Position numbers and translations under genes: made by a program | The notes under the pieces: model-generated | Told to the model about the DNA's origin: nothing | Database searches by the model: none | What the model saw: the letters and a program-made list of their open reading frames with translations, nothing else | Assembly (NCBI GenBank): GCA_973895155.1 | Contig: OZ316892.1 | Coordinates: 11,720,238 to 11,784,237, forward strand | Length of the DNA: 64,000 nucleotides | Direction: 5' to 3' | From: Marsupella aquatica | Lineage: Eukaryota > Plantae > Marchantiophyta | In this document: positions 20,976-33,816 of the stretch, one piece after another | Layout: every line of letters starts with the position of its first letter | Position numbering within the stretch: the stretch's first letter is position 1

Positions 20976-23900
20976 TAGTGGTGGGAATCCTGGTTTCTCT
21001 TCAGCCCGGCTAGTCCGTTTTGGGGCTCTGGTCCAACTCTCTCTCCCTCCTAGTACTGGGTATGACCCCCCTTGTGGGCTACCCTACAGAGGTGCATGCT
21101 CCAAAGTTGATCGTCTATCCTCTGTTGGATGGGTTAACTTTAGGTATTCAAGGCAAAAAATTAAAATTAAAAAAATAAATAAATAAATAAATATATATAT
21201 ATATATAAATCTTATAAAGTGCCAATCATAGGCTAGAGTTGGGGCCTAGGTTTCTAGATGGACATAAATCTTATTTATAAAGTGCCAATTACAAGTTAGA
21301 GTTGGCGGTTTCTAGAGTGAAGCCTCTAGATGTAACTCCACGGCTCATCATGTGGATGGAAAACTCACGACTCTATGACAATAACTACCCTCCCTAGTGA
21401 TGAAAAACTTGCAAGACATTGATTGTTATATCATTCTACACCAATTAGGGATACTTTATTTAAGCAACTATAAAAAATGTGAAAATGTACTAATCTTACT
21501 AGTAAAGCGGGATGGAGAGATATTCCCTGGGCTACACTTTAGGGGGATGTCTATAGACCATAACTCTCAATAAGAACAAAATTAAAAGTGGTCAGAGTCA
21601 ACAAAAAATAGGAGAAGGTAAAGATGAATGAAAATAGAATAGTACTGTTTGTTTTGCATGATCTCTATGTCCGGAGGCTTGAACACGTAATCAGGCTTTA
21701 TTTAACCAACTGTATGAAGAAGTACTAATTAAGAACCAAAAGCCTCGATGGACCACAACATTGTCCCTGCCCATCCCCATAGACTGCATAGAGCTGTTGT
21801 TGCTTTCAACCGAAAAAATGGAACTGGTCGTAGATTGCAAGTTGAGGACTCTGATTACCTTGGGGAGAAAGTAGTCAAGAAGTCATGGTGATCCTGAGTC
21901 GTGACATGACTTCATGATGTCTTTGAGGTTCAAGGTAGTCAAGTTGTCTAGAAAACCGGTTCAGTAATGTAATTGAATCCAACTGCAAACTATAATTAAG
22001 GATACAATATATAAGACACATTTCAGTCAAAAGTGTAAACAGTGTTATCCGAGTCAATTTAAATGTTTTGAGTAAGTCCATCCAAACTTTGACCGTCCAT
22101 CTAGGCTTCATAGACAAAGTGGAGATCCATCAAAGCTTTAGTTTTCACTAATTAAAATTAAAAAGGATCACAAAATATATAATGGTTACAGACCCTATGA
22201 GAGGTCCCCTCCAAAATTCTTGGCACCAGAGCGTGTCACGTCAACAACAAGTGCAACAAACAAGACTCATCAATTTTGTGAATCAAACTTACAGTTTTCA
22301 TTTGTGTTTGTGTCAATTTGGGTGTAAATTTTGGGACGCCATGCCGTAAAAAGAAATGTAAAAAAGTAAAAATGCAAAGATCAAGACGGGTAAAATTATC
22401 ACTATGTAACCGTTTTAGTTACGTATCCAATTTTAAAAATTAATTCAAAGATTGAAAAACAAATTCATATAATAAGCAATGCCTATTAACTAACTTGATA
22501 ACTTCATTGATAAAGGGTAATTGGCACCTTGAGTAAGATTCCGGCCTATTGCAAATAAGGCAAACTGCTAGCTATGGTCCAAATTGAACTCAATGAACTG
22601 ATCAAATCCGTGGCAAGTCCATTTGAAATCAGGTCAATGTCTGATCAAATGAATTGTATCAAATGGACTTGCCACTGTTGCATGTAGCACAAAGGTCTAA
22701 TTTTGACAACTGCTTGTGATAACCACACTATCAACTTTGGCCTGCAAAGCAAAGTGTGGCAGTTGAAGGAATGCCAAACTGCTCAGGCCATCGTTGAATG
22801 GGTCCACAATGATTTTGTGAGAAAATGTAATCGAAACAATGCAAAGTGTAAAATCTGTCCTACTTGTCCAACACAACATGACTACCAGCTTCCGTTCCTA
22901 ATCAGACTTCTCTATTCTCTAAGCTTAAGCTTTGCCCTTCTCCATTTGGTGAATAGTTGCGTTGATGTCATGAGGCTATTAACCTCTAATTCTAAACTTG
23001 TCAAAGTCGGACTGCAGTGAAATCTCCAGAATTTTCAATTATTTGAAAGTACATTGACAAATCTTCTACAAATTAACAAGACTCAGCTACTAGAGAGCTT
23101 AGGGTTCGTTGTTGAGAAAAGCAGTCTTCTTAATTGATCTTGAGAAAGTAGTTTTCTCAACTCAAATTGAGTGCCCAGGACACTTTAGAGGTCAAATATA
23201 GTGCCATCCAATGCCCAATCAACTAACTAATAAAATTTGTGCCTTGGGTTTTTTAATGTTCTAAAATTAGCTAAAATATCTCATATATCTTAAGTGTCTT
23301 AATGCCTGCTAGCAGAGCATTTTGAACCATATTAGCCTCTCAAAACTCAAGCTAAAAGCCCTCATTTTAATGTCATTATGAAGACTATTGCAAAATGACA
23401 TTTGGATGAGGTAATTTAAATCCTATATTTTCACTAAAATTAGTAAAACTATCTCAGCATAATAATACATACATTATTTTTACTCAAACAAGGCCTAAAA
23501 AATGTAGCTAGGGGGTCCACGAACTACTGTAATTAAACTAAAGAAAGGAGCAAACTTGAAAGTGAAGTCAAGAAGGACCTCCATCTTGGACATAGTGCTC
23601 CCTTGGATCACATCTCAGTGTCCATGAGAATTTTAGGCTTATAAGCTGATAATTATGAGTCTTAAGATAATTATGAGTTTTTCACCTACAAAGACAACTA
23701 GAGAAGGAGGAGACTTAAAAAAGCACAAGCCCCAATACTTCATAATTATGAGTTTTTCATATGATAAAAAATCCACACTTATTTTGATGTATGTATAGCC
23801 TACCTACTACTCTAACCACATACTCAAAACTAAAATTAGTTTGTGGACCCTTATCTCAGTCTGAACATGGGGTTGTACATTACCAATGGAGTCCGGAACA

Positions 23901-24699
23901 TGGCAGGTGATCTATTCTCCGTACAACCTTGGCTCACAATGCACACCTCGAAGGAAACATAACTGGTTTCCTTTGTAATCAAATTGATGCAAAGTTTTAT
24001 TGAGTTCCAATATTTTGTCTTTATTTCATTAGATTTTTGTTACAATTGACTCAAGTTTCAAATTCCACTATGAGTTTGTATTCCTGTATTTTGACAATAT
24101 TCACGATGATCAATGTCCCTCTTTGGTAAAGCTTGTTGAGTCTAGAGTGACTTCATAGGCAAAGTGCTTTCAGAATACTTTGCTTGCCTAGTACCAAATG
24201 CAGAGTTGGTTAGGGTTGCCATAATTTTGGCAATTATTTTAATTAATGCAAATATTCAACTATTTATTATTACTTATTTTATGTTTTTACAATAAGAAAA
24301 AAAAGGTAACTAAAATTATTATGTCAAATGATATTATATTCTGTTTTACGGATGACGCCCTAAATTTTACTCGAAATTTATCACAAACACAAAAGTAAGA
24401 GTTATTTACTATTTTAATTTGGAAACAAAGATGTTCTCGTTTGCACCTCCAATGGGGTGTGTAAAGAAAATTGCATTTATGAACATCAATTTATTACAGT
24501 TAAACTCGATTTTTGCAAAAAAGTGGTCCATGGGAGCATCATTTTGAGCAAATCTCGCTATTTGTGGTCAACGGTGAGTAAGTTCCGTTTCGTGTCCTTT
24601 TAGAGGGTTAAACGTCAGTGGGGCCATATTGATCAACGAAAGGTCTTCGTTGTGACTACTGGTCCGAAAACCATAATCATCGTCGTCTCGTGAAGTTTT

Positions 24700-25145
24700 T
24701 CCTTTCGTTTTCTGTGCTCCGGTAGCTTCCGTCATAGCCACGTTTTTATTAGGTATGTCGGTAGAATCCTTTCGCTGATGGCTGATCGGGTCAAGTCGTT
24801 CCTCTTGTAATTCGTGCCTCTTTGCTTTCTTCGAATTCTCTTTTTGCTTCTCGTGAAGTTTCTCCATTCATTTTCTGTGCTCCCGTAGCTTCCGTCATAG
24901 CCACGTTTTTATTAGGTGTGTCGGTAGAATCGATTGGCTGATCGCGTCAAGTCGTTCCTCGAGTAGTTTGTCCCTCTCCGCTTTCTTCGAATGATCTTGT
25001 GCTTCTAATGAAGGTTCTCCATTCATTTTCTGTCCTCCGGTAGCTTTCCTCATTGCCACGGTTTAGGTCTGTCGGTAGAAACGATTGGCTGGTTGCGTCA
25101 AGTCGTTCCTCAAGTAGTTCGTGCCTTTTTGCTTTCTTCGAATTG
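24700..25145. repeat. ~155-160-bp degenerate tandem repeat (3 copies) upstream of ESS2
   Basis: ttttctgtgctcc.gtagcttcc...gccacgttt...gtcggtagaa...gtcaagtcgttcctc...gctttcttcgaat recurs at ~24708, ~24871 and ~25026. Confidence 0.85.
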
Positions 25146-25325
25146 TCGTGCGGACTGGTCCTTACAATTCTTCTGGTTTCCCTCTTCTCGTCAAGGTTCT
25201 TGCTCTGTATCGTTGTGCACTCGAAGGGACGACATATTGGAGGATCGTTTCTCGGTGCTTCCCTCACTTCAGATTTCGCGGTTGTTGATTACATTCAGAT
25301 TGGTGGATTTGGGAGTCGGCAAAGT

Positions 25326-26972
25326 ATGTTGGCGTCGCCGGGGCATTCGCCCCGTCATATCTTGCTCCCACCGTCTCCTTCCCCAAGCATACGGAGTCTG
25401 GACACCGACATCAGCTATGGAGGCAGGTCTCTGGCATTAGCTTCGACGTCGGGGAAACATGCATCGCGCCCTCCACTCCCGAAGAAGCGGAAGACTGGAC
25501 TCGTTGCCATCGATGAGGATACGTACGTTGCTGCCGTGGAGAAAATTATCGAGAGGGATTTCTTCCCGGACATCCCAAAGCTCCATAACCGATTGGAGTG
25601 GCTGGAAGCGGTGAGGACAGGAGATCCTGCTGCCATTCGGGAGGCCCAAATAAACATTGTTCGCAGGAGGCGGGTGAAAGAACGTGAGAAAGGGTTAGAT
25701 GGAGTTGCACGTCTAGCAAGTGAGTTTTCAACACCCAGCTCAACCCTAAGTCCTTCGATATCATCCATCAGGTCGTCACCTGCCCCGTCTCAGATCTTTA
25801 CAGAAGCAGGTCCTCACCCTCTTGTGGAAGAAGCTGTGACGGATGGAACATCTCCTATCGATACGTCAGTCTCACTGGATAAGTTCCTGAGCCGCTACAC
25901 GAGTGAAGACAACGCAAGTTTTTCAATTGCACTCGAGAGGGCGAACAAGCAGAAGAGAGAAAAGTACCGTTTTCTGAACGAGAAGGAGGTCGTTTCCTCG
26001 AACTTGAGAATCGGCAACGAGGTGGCCCGTTCGACAGACGGATTTGGTACTTCGGGTCAACCTGAAGCTACTTTAGAAACTTGGCCATACAAGGCGAAGA
26101 ATTTGCTCATGTATAGTTCTGCGGACAGGGATGATGCCCCGTTGACACAGCTAGAGAAGGAAGAGAAAGTGGAAGGACAGCCGAAGGAAATTGTGAAGAT
26201 CAACACGCGCTTCCATGGGAAGATGTTCGATGGAAAGGTTAGAGAGGAAGATACGGTTGCTATCTTGTACACACCAGTTCCTGGGTCCACTCCTGCTGCC
26301 TGGCCGTTCGCGGAACGGGATGCGGCGAGAGCCAGGAAAAGGTATGACCTGGAAGATCTTCGAAAGAGCCCGCAGACCTTTGTCGAGGAGGATGCTGCAG
26401 CACTAAAGAACTCCAAAGGTGTTTCAGGGTATAGCTTTGTGGCTACACCTTCCCTCACCCCCGGAATTGAAGAGTCACCTTTCATGACCTGGGGTGATAT
26501 CGAGGGGACCCCGCTAAGGCTTGAAACGGAGGAAACTCCAGTAGGCATCGGTGGCAGCGGTGATGGACCTCAATTCAAGATTCCAGCACCTCCGTCCAGG
26601 GATGCTCGGGCGCACCGTTTGTCAAGGGATGCTTCTCGCAATATGAGAGAGAAATTGAGGGTGCAGCAGGGGTATCACACGCCATCACCTATAAGAGGCT
26701 CTGCAAGTCCAGGGATGAAGACTTTTTCTGCTGCCGCTCAAAAGTTTGTTAGCAAGGCCATGGCGAAATCTAGCTCTGCCGTGGATGCAAGATTAAGAGC
26801 AAGCTACAGGGCCACAACACCTTCTGGCACTCCCCGTATGGCCCGTAGCGTTCGGTCTCGGGAAGGGAGTGTAAGTTCGAGGGAAGGTAGCTTGGCATTG
26901 CGGTCTCCCTCGGTCTCTACGGAGGTTACCAATCCTTTGCACTCTCCCACACCATCTTCAGTTCAGGTGTAG
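25326..26972 (+). CDS. ESS2: Splicing factor ESS-2/DGCR14 homolog (intronless)
   Basis: MLASPGHSPRH start; DEDTYVAAVEKIIERDFFPDIPKL; SLDKFLSRYTSEDNASF; WPYKAKNLLMY; GYSFVATPS; SPFMTWGDIEGTPLRL; FKIPAPPSRD. The ORF-track extension from 25053 lies in repeat/UTR. Confidence 0.93.
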   Translation: MLASPGHSPRHILLPPSPSPSIRSLDTDISYGGRSLALASTSGKHASRPPLPKKRKTGLVAIDEDTYVAAVEKIIERDFFPDIPKLHNRLEWLEAVRTGDPAAIREAQINIVRRRRVKEREKGLDGVARLASEFSTPSSTLSPSISSIRSSPAPSQIFTEAGPHPLVEEAVTDGTSPIDTSVSLDKFLSRYTSEDNASFSIALERANKQKREKYRFLNEKEVVSSNLRIGNEVARSTDGFGTSGQPEATLETWPYKAKNLLMYSSADRDDAPLTQLEKEEKVEGQPKEIVKINTRFHGKMFDGKVREEDTVAILYTPVPGSTPAAWPFAERDAARARKRYDLEDLRKSPQTFVEEDAAALKNSKGVSGYSFVATPSLTPGIEESPFMTWGDIEGTPLRLETEETPVGIGGSGDGPQFKIPAPPSRDARAHRLSRDASRNMREKLRVQQGYHTPSPIRGSASPGMKTFSAAAQKFVSKAMAKSSSAVDARLRASYRATTPSGTPRMARSVRSREGSVSSREGSLALRSPSVSTEVTNPLHSPTPSSVQV

Positions 26973-29581
26973 TTGTACCACCTCTGGTTCTATCTCTCCT
27001 TCTTTAGGATTGCGAAGAAGGGGTTTATTGGCACTGAGAGTGAGTCATTGTCCTTTGGATTATTTTATTTTTTGATCATTTCTCAGAATGATCGTTTCGA
27101 GAAATGTACATTTACTTCGAGTGACGGACTTTGTACATGCTCTCAAAATGTGGCAGTACGATGCTCCCACTCCCATTAAGCAGGCTCCTACGAGTTGTTG
27201 GAGAGCGCGTCATCTTTTTATGCAGTAGAGTTTTGAAGCTATGGGGCAAGGAACCCTGTCTGTCGATCTCTTTGTTCCTATGGCTATTTTTTATTGAAGT
27301 TTGGAAATTTGATGTGCTCCTCGTGCGATGACGATGCAACATATATCTTATGCTGTTTACATTCGTCTTACCACTCAAGCGGGAGTCAAGCTAGGTGCAT
27401 GAAAAACATGCACGGTATGGTGAAGAAATTTGAACGGTTGCCATCAACTAGCCTTGGTATATTGCACACTGTTGTATCCTAGATGTAGAACGCCAAGACC
27501 CTTACGTCCCGTCGCATGTTGACACGCAAGTCCGGTGATATCTGGAAGCGTGTGCAATTCGAAGCCCAATGTCCCGCCTGGTGGATCAAGATCTGCTCAG
27601 CAATGGTAGGTAATTTGTTTGCAGGAGAACCACGATTTAGCTGCATGCAATTCTCAGTGTCTGGAGCCAGTAACCTTGTGCATGGCATGGAATTCTTAAC
27701 ATTCGCTTTTCCTCTGACCTAAGCTAAAAGTCAGGTTTGACTCAGTTTTGAAGGATGATTCTAGTGAGACAGACATTCCAAATATTGCTCCATCGAAGTT
27801 AGATGGATAATGTTTTCTGTGTGAAGGGTTTAGGGTTTAGGGTTTACCCCTAAACTGCTCCAGAAGGGTTTGAAGAACAATTTATTGGATTGGAAAGTGT
27901 TATCAATTGATTTATAGAGGACATGCCATAGGAAGGTTTGGACTAGGTTAGGAACTTGGAGGGGAGCCAAGTGCATGCTGCATTATGCATGAACTATTTT
28001 GGGTGGCTCGTGTTTTTGCATCGCCGTGAAGTCTTTTCCGGTCAAAATCTAGAAAGTTCTGAAAACTACAGAGGAGGGTCTTCCACGTGCATGCCTACCG
28101 GTCCTTGGTGTTGCTTTATGGCTGACTGATAATGGTTGAAGGCCCACTTTGTTTCTTCACTTAGATCCTGCAACCGCAAGGACTGCTATCACTTGCGAGT
28201 AGCCTGGCATTTTGCTTCAACAATATTTTCTACTGGTAGAGAAGGGAAGGACGGATACCGTATAGGTGCTATCAAATGTACACTGGTCCACTAGTCTACT
28301 ACCGCACATTGGCTCGATTTTTGCCATGTTGAACGTGCCACTTCTGTAATGAGCATTTGAGCGTATGATAAAAAATTACTACTCTGTCGCCGGATCTTTG
28401 GGAATGCTCTCTTTGTAGCAGTCATTGTTCTGAAGTGTTGGATCTCACCTCTTGATCCTTGGTGTTCCCTCTATTAACCTGGAGATTTGGTCCACATGTT
28501 GACTCTACTGCTCTTCATGGGATTGTCATGGTTTTAATGGGATTCAAGTGTGTTACATCTAGTGGAGGACCCCGCTCTTTCAGCTGACAGGGCCCTCGCT
28601 TGCGCCTTTTGTCAACTGACTGGTCTGTATCCTTTGAAAGCCTGCAAATGCATTATGGACCCCATAAAAAATGGGTTCCCTAGATATTAGAAACGAGATT
28701 ATTGTATCATTGGTAAATTGCCTGTATGTGTGTTTGCTCATGATCATGCTCCCCAGTTTCTTTTATCGGTGCTCTGTGATGTTCCCTGTTTGCATCTCAC
28801 GTGATCAAAGTAATTTGCTGCAATCGGGAAGAGATGAGGCAACGGAACAAATTTCGCAGGTGTTCTGTCAACAACGAAGTCCTGTTAGGCAATGCACATT
28901 GTACAGTGTGGACAAATTGGCTGTGAATAGACGAGTTCCAATTTCTTCCATCCAGTAATTCATTGTCGTCCCCTTGGTGTAATGCTGGCGACAATTTCAA
29001 ATTTGACTTCACAACTTTTCCGTATAACTGCAGTGAAAGTACACTAGCTACTCAGCTTAGTATCATGGTCAATCAAAACGATGAGAGATTTAAGGATATT
29101 CCGTCCAACTGAGAGTGTTTGGGTTTTAGACTTCAAGGATTTTTCCTAAAAAGAGTATCTGCAGCGACCATGGAAACTTGAGTGTACGGCCTCGACAGCA
29201 CTACAACCAGTGTTTTGTTTTGCATTTCAGCAAGTGACACTTTATGGCGATTTGACAAGCCATTAATTCGCTAAATTGTACAGATGAGCCGTAGATATAT
29301 ATACTGTCACATCTAAATTGTGGATTGTGGGTAATAAGTCACTAAAACTTTTGAAACAAACGCTTCCTTTGCCTCTAGAGTTTACGGAATACTTTGATGG
29401 CCCCAGCTTCTTTGTTATGCATCCGTAGTGTTCACTTCATCTCGCAAGGTTCACTTGAGATCATTATTCTGACCTTGCTCTTGTTTAAAAATCGACTCTT
29501 GCGTATTTTATAGTTCGCGGCTCTCCACTCCTCTCGTCTCTGCGCTGCGCTGCACCTCAGCCTTATCACGCCTCACTTACG

Positions 29582-31570
29582 ATGGTGAGTATTGCGCTCT
29601 TAATCGACAATCAGAAGGTTCCCATTTTTTCGTGAATTCCTTCGTCGGTGCCTTCGTTTGATTTGTTCATGGTCACTCTCCGGACCACAGCGTTGTCCGG
29701 GTCTGTTCTTTGCTTGAACCTTTCTGGAACGACATTCGCACCAACGTTCTTTTTTCTGGATCGGACCGCAGCACTAGACTTTGCTGCTCTGTTGCGCTGA
29801 TTAGACCGCTTGTTTTGATCTACTCGACTTTGATCTCGTTCCACCCTGTGCTTGTCGAGAATATAACGTAAGACAACTTGTCAAAGATTAATAAGGCAGA
29901 AAAAAGTGAGCGGGAGGGACCCTATAACGCCTTCGTGTGGATTTTTTACGGCTATCTCAGGCTGAGAGGTATGAAGAGCTTAAAAGACAGTACTATCCTA
30001 AGTAGCTTCAATGATTCGAACGAAGTTTGTCGAATGATTGGTTGGAGGTGATTGTTTTGAGTTGAGGCTATAACTTAGCGTTGTGGATCTATCCAACCCC
30101 CAGATGCGTTAGATCTATTTCGATTCTTCAATTCTTCAATCCTGAACATCTGCGTCCAGCTCGTCGGACTCTAGCTGTACAGAAATCAACATTTGACATC
30201 GAGAAAACTAGCTTCGTTCTTATTTGACAAGTGAACTCGTCTTTTCATTTTCTGAGAGCGTAAACTACTAAAATGCAATCCCTGTCACTGGGTATGTACA
30301 TGAATGCAAACACCGAGACTACAGTGTACCGAGCACAACCTTTATTTCTTGTTTTTGTTTTTGTTTTTGCTGTTTTGAGTCTGCTTTCTAATACATAGGT
30401 GTTCTCGCATTCCGTGATTTGTCTGATCAGAGATTTTGCTTATATATGCTCGATCTAAGGGAGAAGTGCTGATCTCCGTAAGACAGGATTCCTGAATTTT
30501 GAGGTTGTTCCTTAAGGAAACGAAGGCATTTAGGTCCCAAAGCAGGATGATAGGTTGAATTTCATCACAGATACAGCCGTTCATAATTCTCATCTTGACC
30601 ATTTCTTTGTGATAAAGCGGTCCTTCATTTTCAATTCCCGAATTTCATCTGAAGTTGTTTGGCGGTGTTCGTGAGTACAGAAACTGTGGATATCATCGAT
30701 GAGGCAATCAATTACTTCAGGGCTAACGTCCTCTTCAGGAAATTTGAGGTGAAGAGCGCAGCCGATAAGCTACTGATCTACTTGACTCTGTACATAAACA
30801 TGGCTTTGAAACGGATGGAGGGTTGTAAAACTGAGGCTGACGGAATTAAAGCAATTATCAGCCTCGGACTCTAAAAATTCCTATCCCCGGAGAAGCAGGG
30901 TTTCCCCTGGGAGGCCTACTGACACCACCTAAGTCAAGAGTAGAAGCAGGTGAGGAGAGCAGGGTGCTTTCAATAACATGCAAAATAGAAACGTTGACAA
31001 TGCGTCCAATGCTAATGTATTATGAACCTCAGGGTTTATGTATCATTTGTGCACATATTAGTCGCTTTAAAATCAACACATTTAAAATCATTACGTGCGC
31101 TTCGTCTCTTCTAAGTTGGGTTGTCGAGAGTGCTACTTGTTTCTTATACAGAACCTGAGAAAAGGGGATGCTGGTGAAAATTTTCAGCAGATTTTTAAAC
31201 TTTTTGCGGCTGTAAGGTGCTGGTCATAACTGCCAAGAGAAACATGTCGAGGGTAGGCCGCTTGTTGCTGTAGATTTGGAGCTGTTGAGTAGTGGTATTA
31301 ATTAGTCTAGTTAGTCCGGCGTTGTAGGAAACGCAGTTTGCGCGGGGTCCGTGTTTCCTATATAGCTTACAGTCTTGAGAGTTTGGGAAAGTACTGTACT
31401 GAGCTTTACTGTTTACATTGTGCAGAGTTGTTCAGGAGCTACTTGCAGCAAGCTAGGGAGGAAACCAGTGGGAGGCTTATAAACGTGTTTATAAACCAAA
31501 TGGGTGGCCTAACAAATGGTGGCTTACATTCGCAAAGAGGAAGTTTATGAACATTATGTTGCCTCTGTAA
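29582..31570 (+). pseudogene. ARPC3: Arp2/3 complex subunit 3 (p21-Arc), apparently disrupted
   Basis: Candidate ATG|GTGAGT micro-exon at 29582. Exon 30681-30949 encodes DIIDEAINYFRANVLFRKFEVKSAADKLLIYLTLYI...LGL*, then -1 frame IPIPGEAGFPLGG. Last exon from ~31426 encodes LFRSYLQQAREETSGRL, then shifted frame VYKPNGWPNKWWLTFAKRKFMN. The exon for YHSSF...KGPAP was not found. Confidence 0.8.
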
Positions 31571-31928
31571 GAAAACATGGCGTTCCAAGCTTCACATGAT
31601 ATGACGTGACTGCAAACAAGAGCATACTGTGATCCTTTAGCCATATTTCAGAATAGATGGACAGTTGCATCTGAAGCCGTGGAGCAGGAACTTTTAGCCA
31701 TACTGTATCATCAGCAATATGGTACCAAAGAAGATTATAAAGCCACATATTTACTATGGCAGACGGCTGGGTATTCAAGAAATTGTGTGGGAGAAGGCAC
31801 CATGCTGTCATAACTTTGGAGGTAGACTAGTACAGTTTATGCGTCCTCTTCAGCTTTGAGGCAAGATGGCCATAGTTAGTTTCTCAGGCAGATAACTAAA
31901 GTTTGTTTACACTAGATAATCTCGTTAA

Positions 31929-32126
31929 GGTAGTCTGGGTGGTTTTTAGTATTTTGGGGCTTTAGGATGATGACAAGTTAGCATATTTCACTTTCATTAT
32001 TTTCCATTAAACTATGTCATATTTTTATACTGTTTACATACGATCTCCATTACATGGGTCAGTGATAGAATGTAGTATGGTGCCTTCCCAAAGTTGATTA
32101 ATCAGTGTTGAACCACCTAGACTACC
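31929..32126. mobile_element. 198-bp MITE with 16-bp TIR and TTAA target-site duplication
   Basis: TTAA|GGTAGTCTGGGTGGTT ... AACCACCTAGACTACC|TTAA (15/16 inverted match). Confidence 0.75.
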
Positions 32127-33816
32127 TTAACGTGAAGCTAAGGGCACCTGCTCGTCTCTTTATGCGTGTATTTGGTCTCCCGCATATGTCTCCCCACGTA
32201 CGTGGGTCGACCATATACGGTCGACCAAAATACCTCATAAAGAGACACCCGGCGACCTTAACTATATACGTAATCGTAGACCCGAGAAGGGTCAGGGGAA
32301 AAAGGGCCCCGCCTTGTTAATTCAAAACACAAGAGTTAGGGACAACCACGGCCATTTAGTTTGCGAATTAGACTGTTGTCTGCTCAATTGGTCAGTAGGG
32401 TGAAACTTCGTAATGAGTGCGATCTGGTTGAAGCTCTCACAATGTTTCTAAAGCCAATGATGTAAACTAAACGCAAGCAACTAAAGTGATCAGGTTGAAG
32501 CTGTCTTAGCATGTAATATGTGTTGTGGTGCAACTAGGATAACAAGTGAACCAAAACTACTACTGTCTTGTAGAACGAACACTAGTCGATGAAATCGGAG
32601 CCTTGTCACTCTCCAAATGTGAAGGCAATCTGTATAATGTAGGGGATTTCGTTTCTGCTCCTGGTTCAGAACAAGCTTTCCTTCAAACCCTCCCCTACCT
32701 GTAGTTGTCACTTTGATAGCCAAACTCATCGCTGGAAAAAACTGTGGAATTAAACCTGCACAATTTCGTAAAGAGACCGGAGTATCCACTCATTCACTCG
32801 TTCTAAGTACGAAGTTCTACGCACTTAAGAAATGATCTCGACTACGGTTTGAGGTATAGGAAGCTGTGAATGAAAGTGCGATCAATTGATTTCTGTTTCT
32901 TCATACGACTGTACGTTACAAAATCGGAGGCCGGAAATTAAGAGACGTTATTATTACGTGGACAAAGAAAGGTTGGCATGAATGTACTAACGGTGCTTGA
33001 ACAGGTCAGGGTGGTTGCTACCTTTCTGACCTAATTTTCCTGACGAATTTGACCATCCTATCGACACCAGTTCGGTTAGTTTCTTGTGAGCTTTTCCACA
33101 CAAAAATTCAGCACATGCAGGCAATTTCATCGAGATACTCTGCCTATGCATTCAAGAGGTATAGAGGACTAAACAGAGAAGTTAGTATATTTATTCATGC
33201 ATCTATGCTGTTCACCCTAATCAGTGTTGTGCAAGAATTAGGAATTAGGGTTTAAAGATAGTACAATGTGATACCGACATTAGTGCAGACGGTGATATCT
33301 GAGATTCTCATAAGAAATTGCTCTTTCCACTACTGCCAGTATGTTACTCCTACGATACTGATTAGAGCTACTCAGAAAAGTGAGATATAAACCCTTTTAT
33401 ATCTCAATATTCTATAATTAAAAGTGAGACTCTTTTAATTATAGAATTATTCAGAAGAGAAAAAACTTAAAGCAAGTTCCACGATGACCTGGCTATATCA
33501 CAGATTTCATCATCTATAAGGGGTCCCTCTTTCGCAGCCCAGGAATTCGTTAGGAAAGACTCCACGACAATAACCATTCAGCTTCACACAATTGTAACTA
33601 TGTGTTTCAGTCAAATTAACAAAGACAGTGCAGGTGATATTCCAAATGCTGTATTCCCACAAGACAGTTTCCTTACAAGTACGATTCTCAACATCCAATT
33701 TGGTGACATTACTTCCTTCAAATTGCCTAAAAACGTCCACCAATTCACCAGATAACCTTGTACAGCCTCTGAATGTACATACTTTAAGATGATTCTTGAT
33801 CTCCAGAATCTTGAAA

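Larger units (their letters stand above)
14836..21206 (+). mobile_element. tRNA-derived SINE (~320 bp reconstructed) split by the copia insertion
   Basis: Pol III B-box/T-arm GGTTCAATCC at 14877-14886; A/AT-rich tail at ~21155-21206; 12-bp direct repeat AAATCTTATAAA at 14824-14835 and 21207-21218 (TSD). Confidence 0.65.

Noticed and set aside
22703-23020. Cys-containing 105-aa ORF as a zinc-finger gene
   Set aside because: Non-ATG start, no recognisable spacing pattern, and lies in degenerate AT-rich sequence.
25053-25325. N-terminal extension of ESS2 in the ORF track
   Set aside because: Non-ATG start inside a tandem repeat; homology begins at MLASPGHSP (25326).
27825-27846. TTTAGGG telomere-type repeat
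   Set aside because: Only about three units; short interstitial telo-box-like tracts are common in plants.
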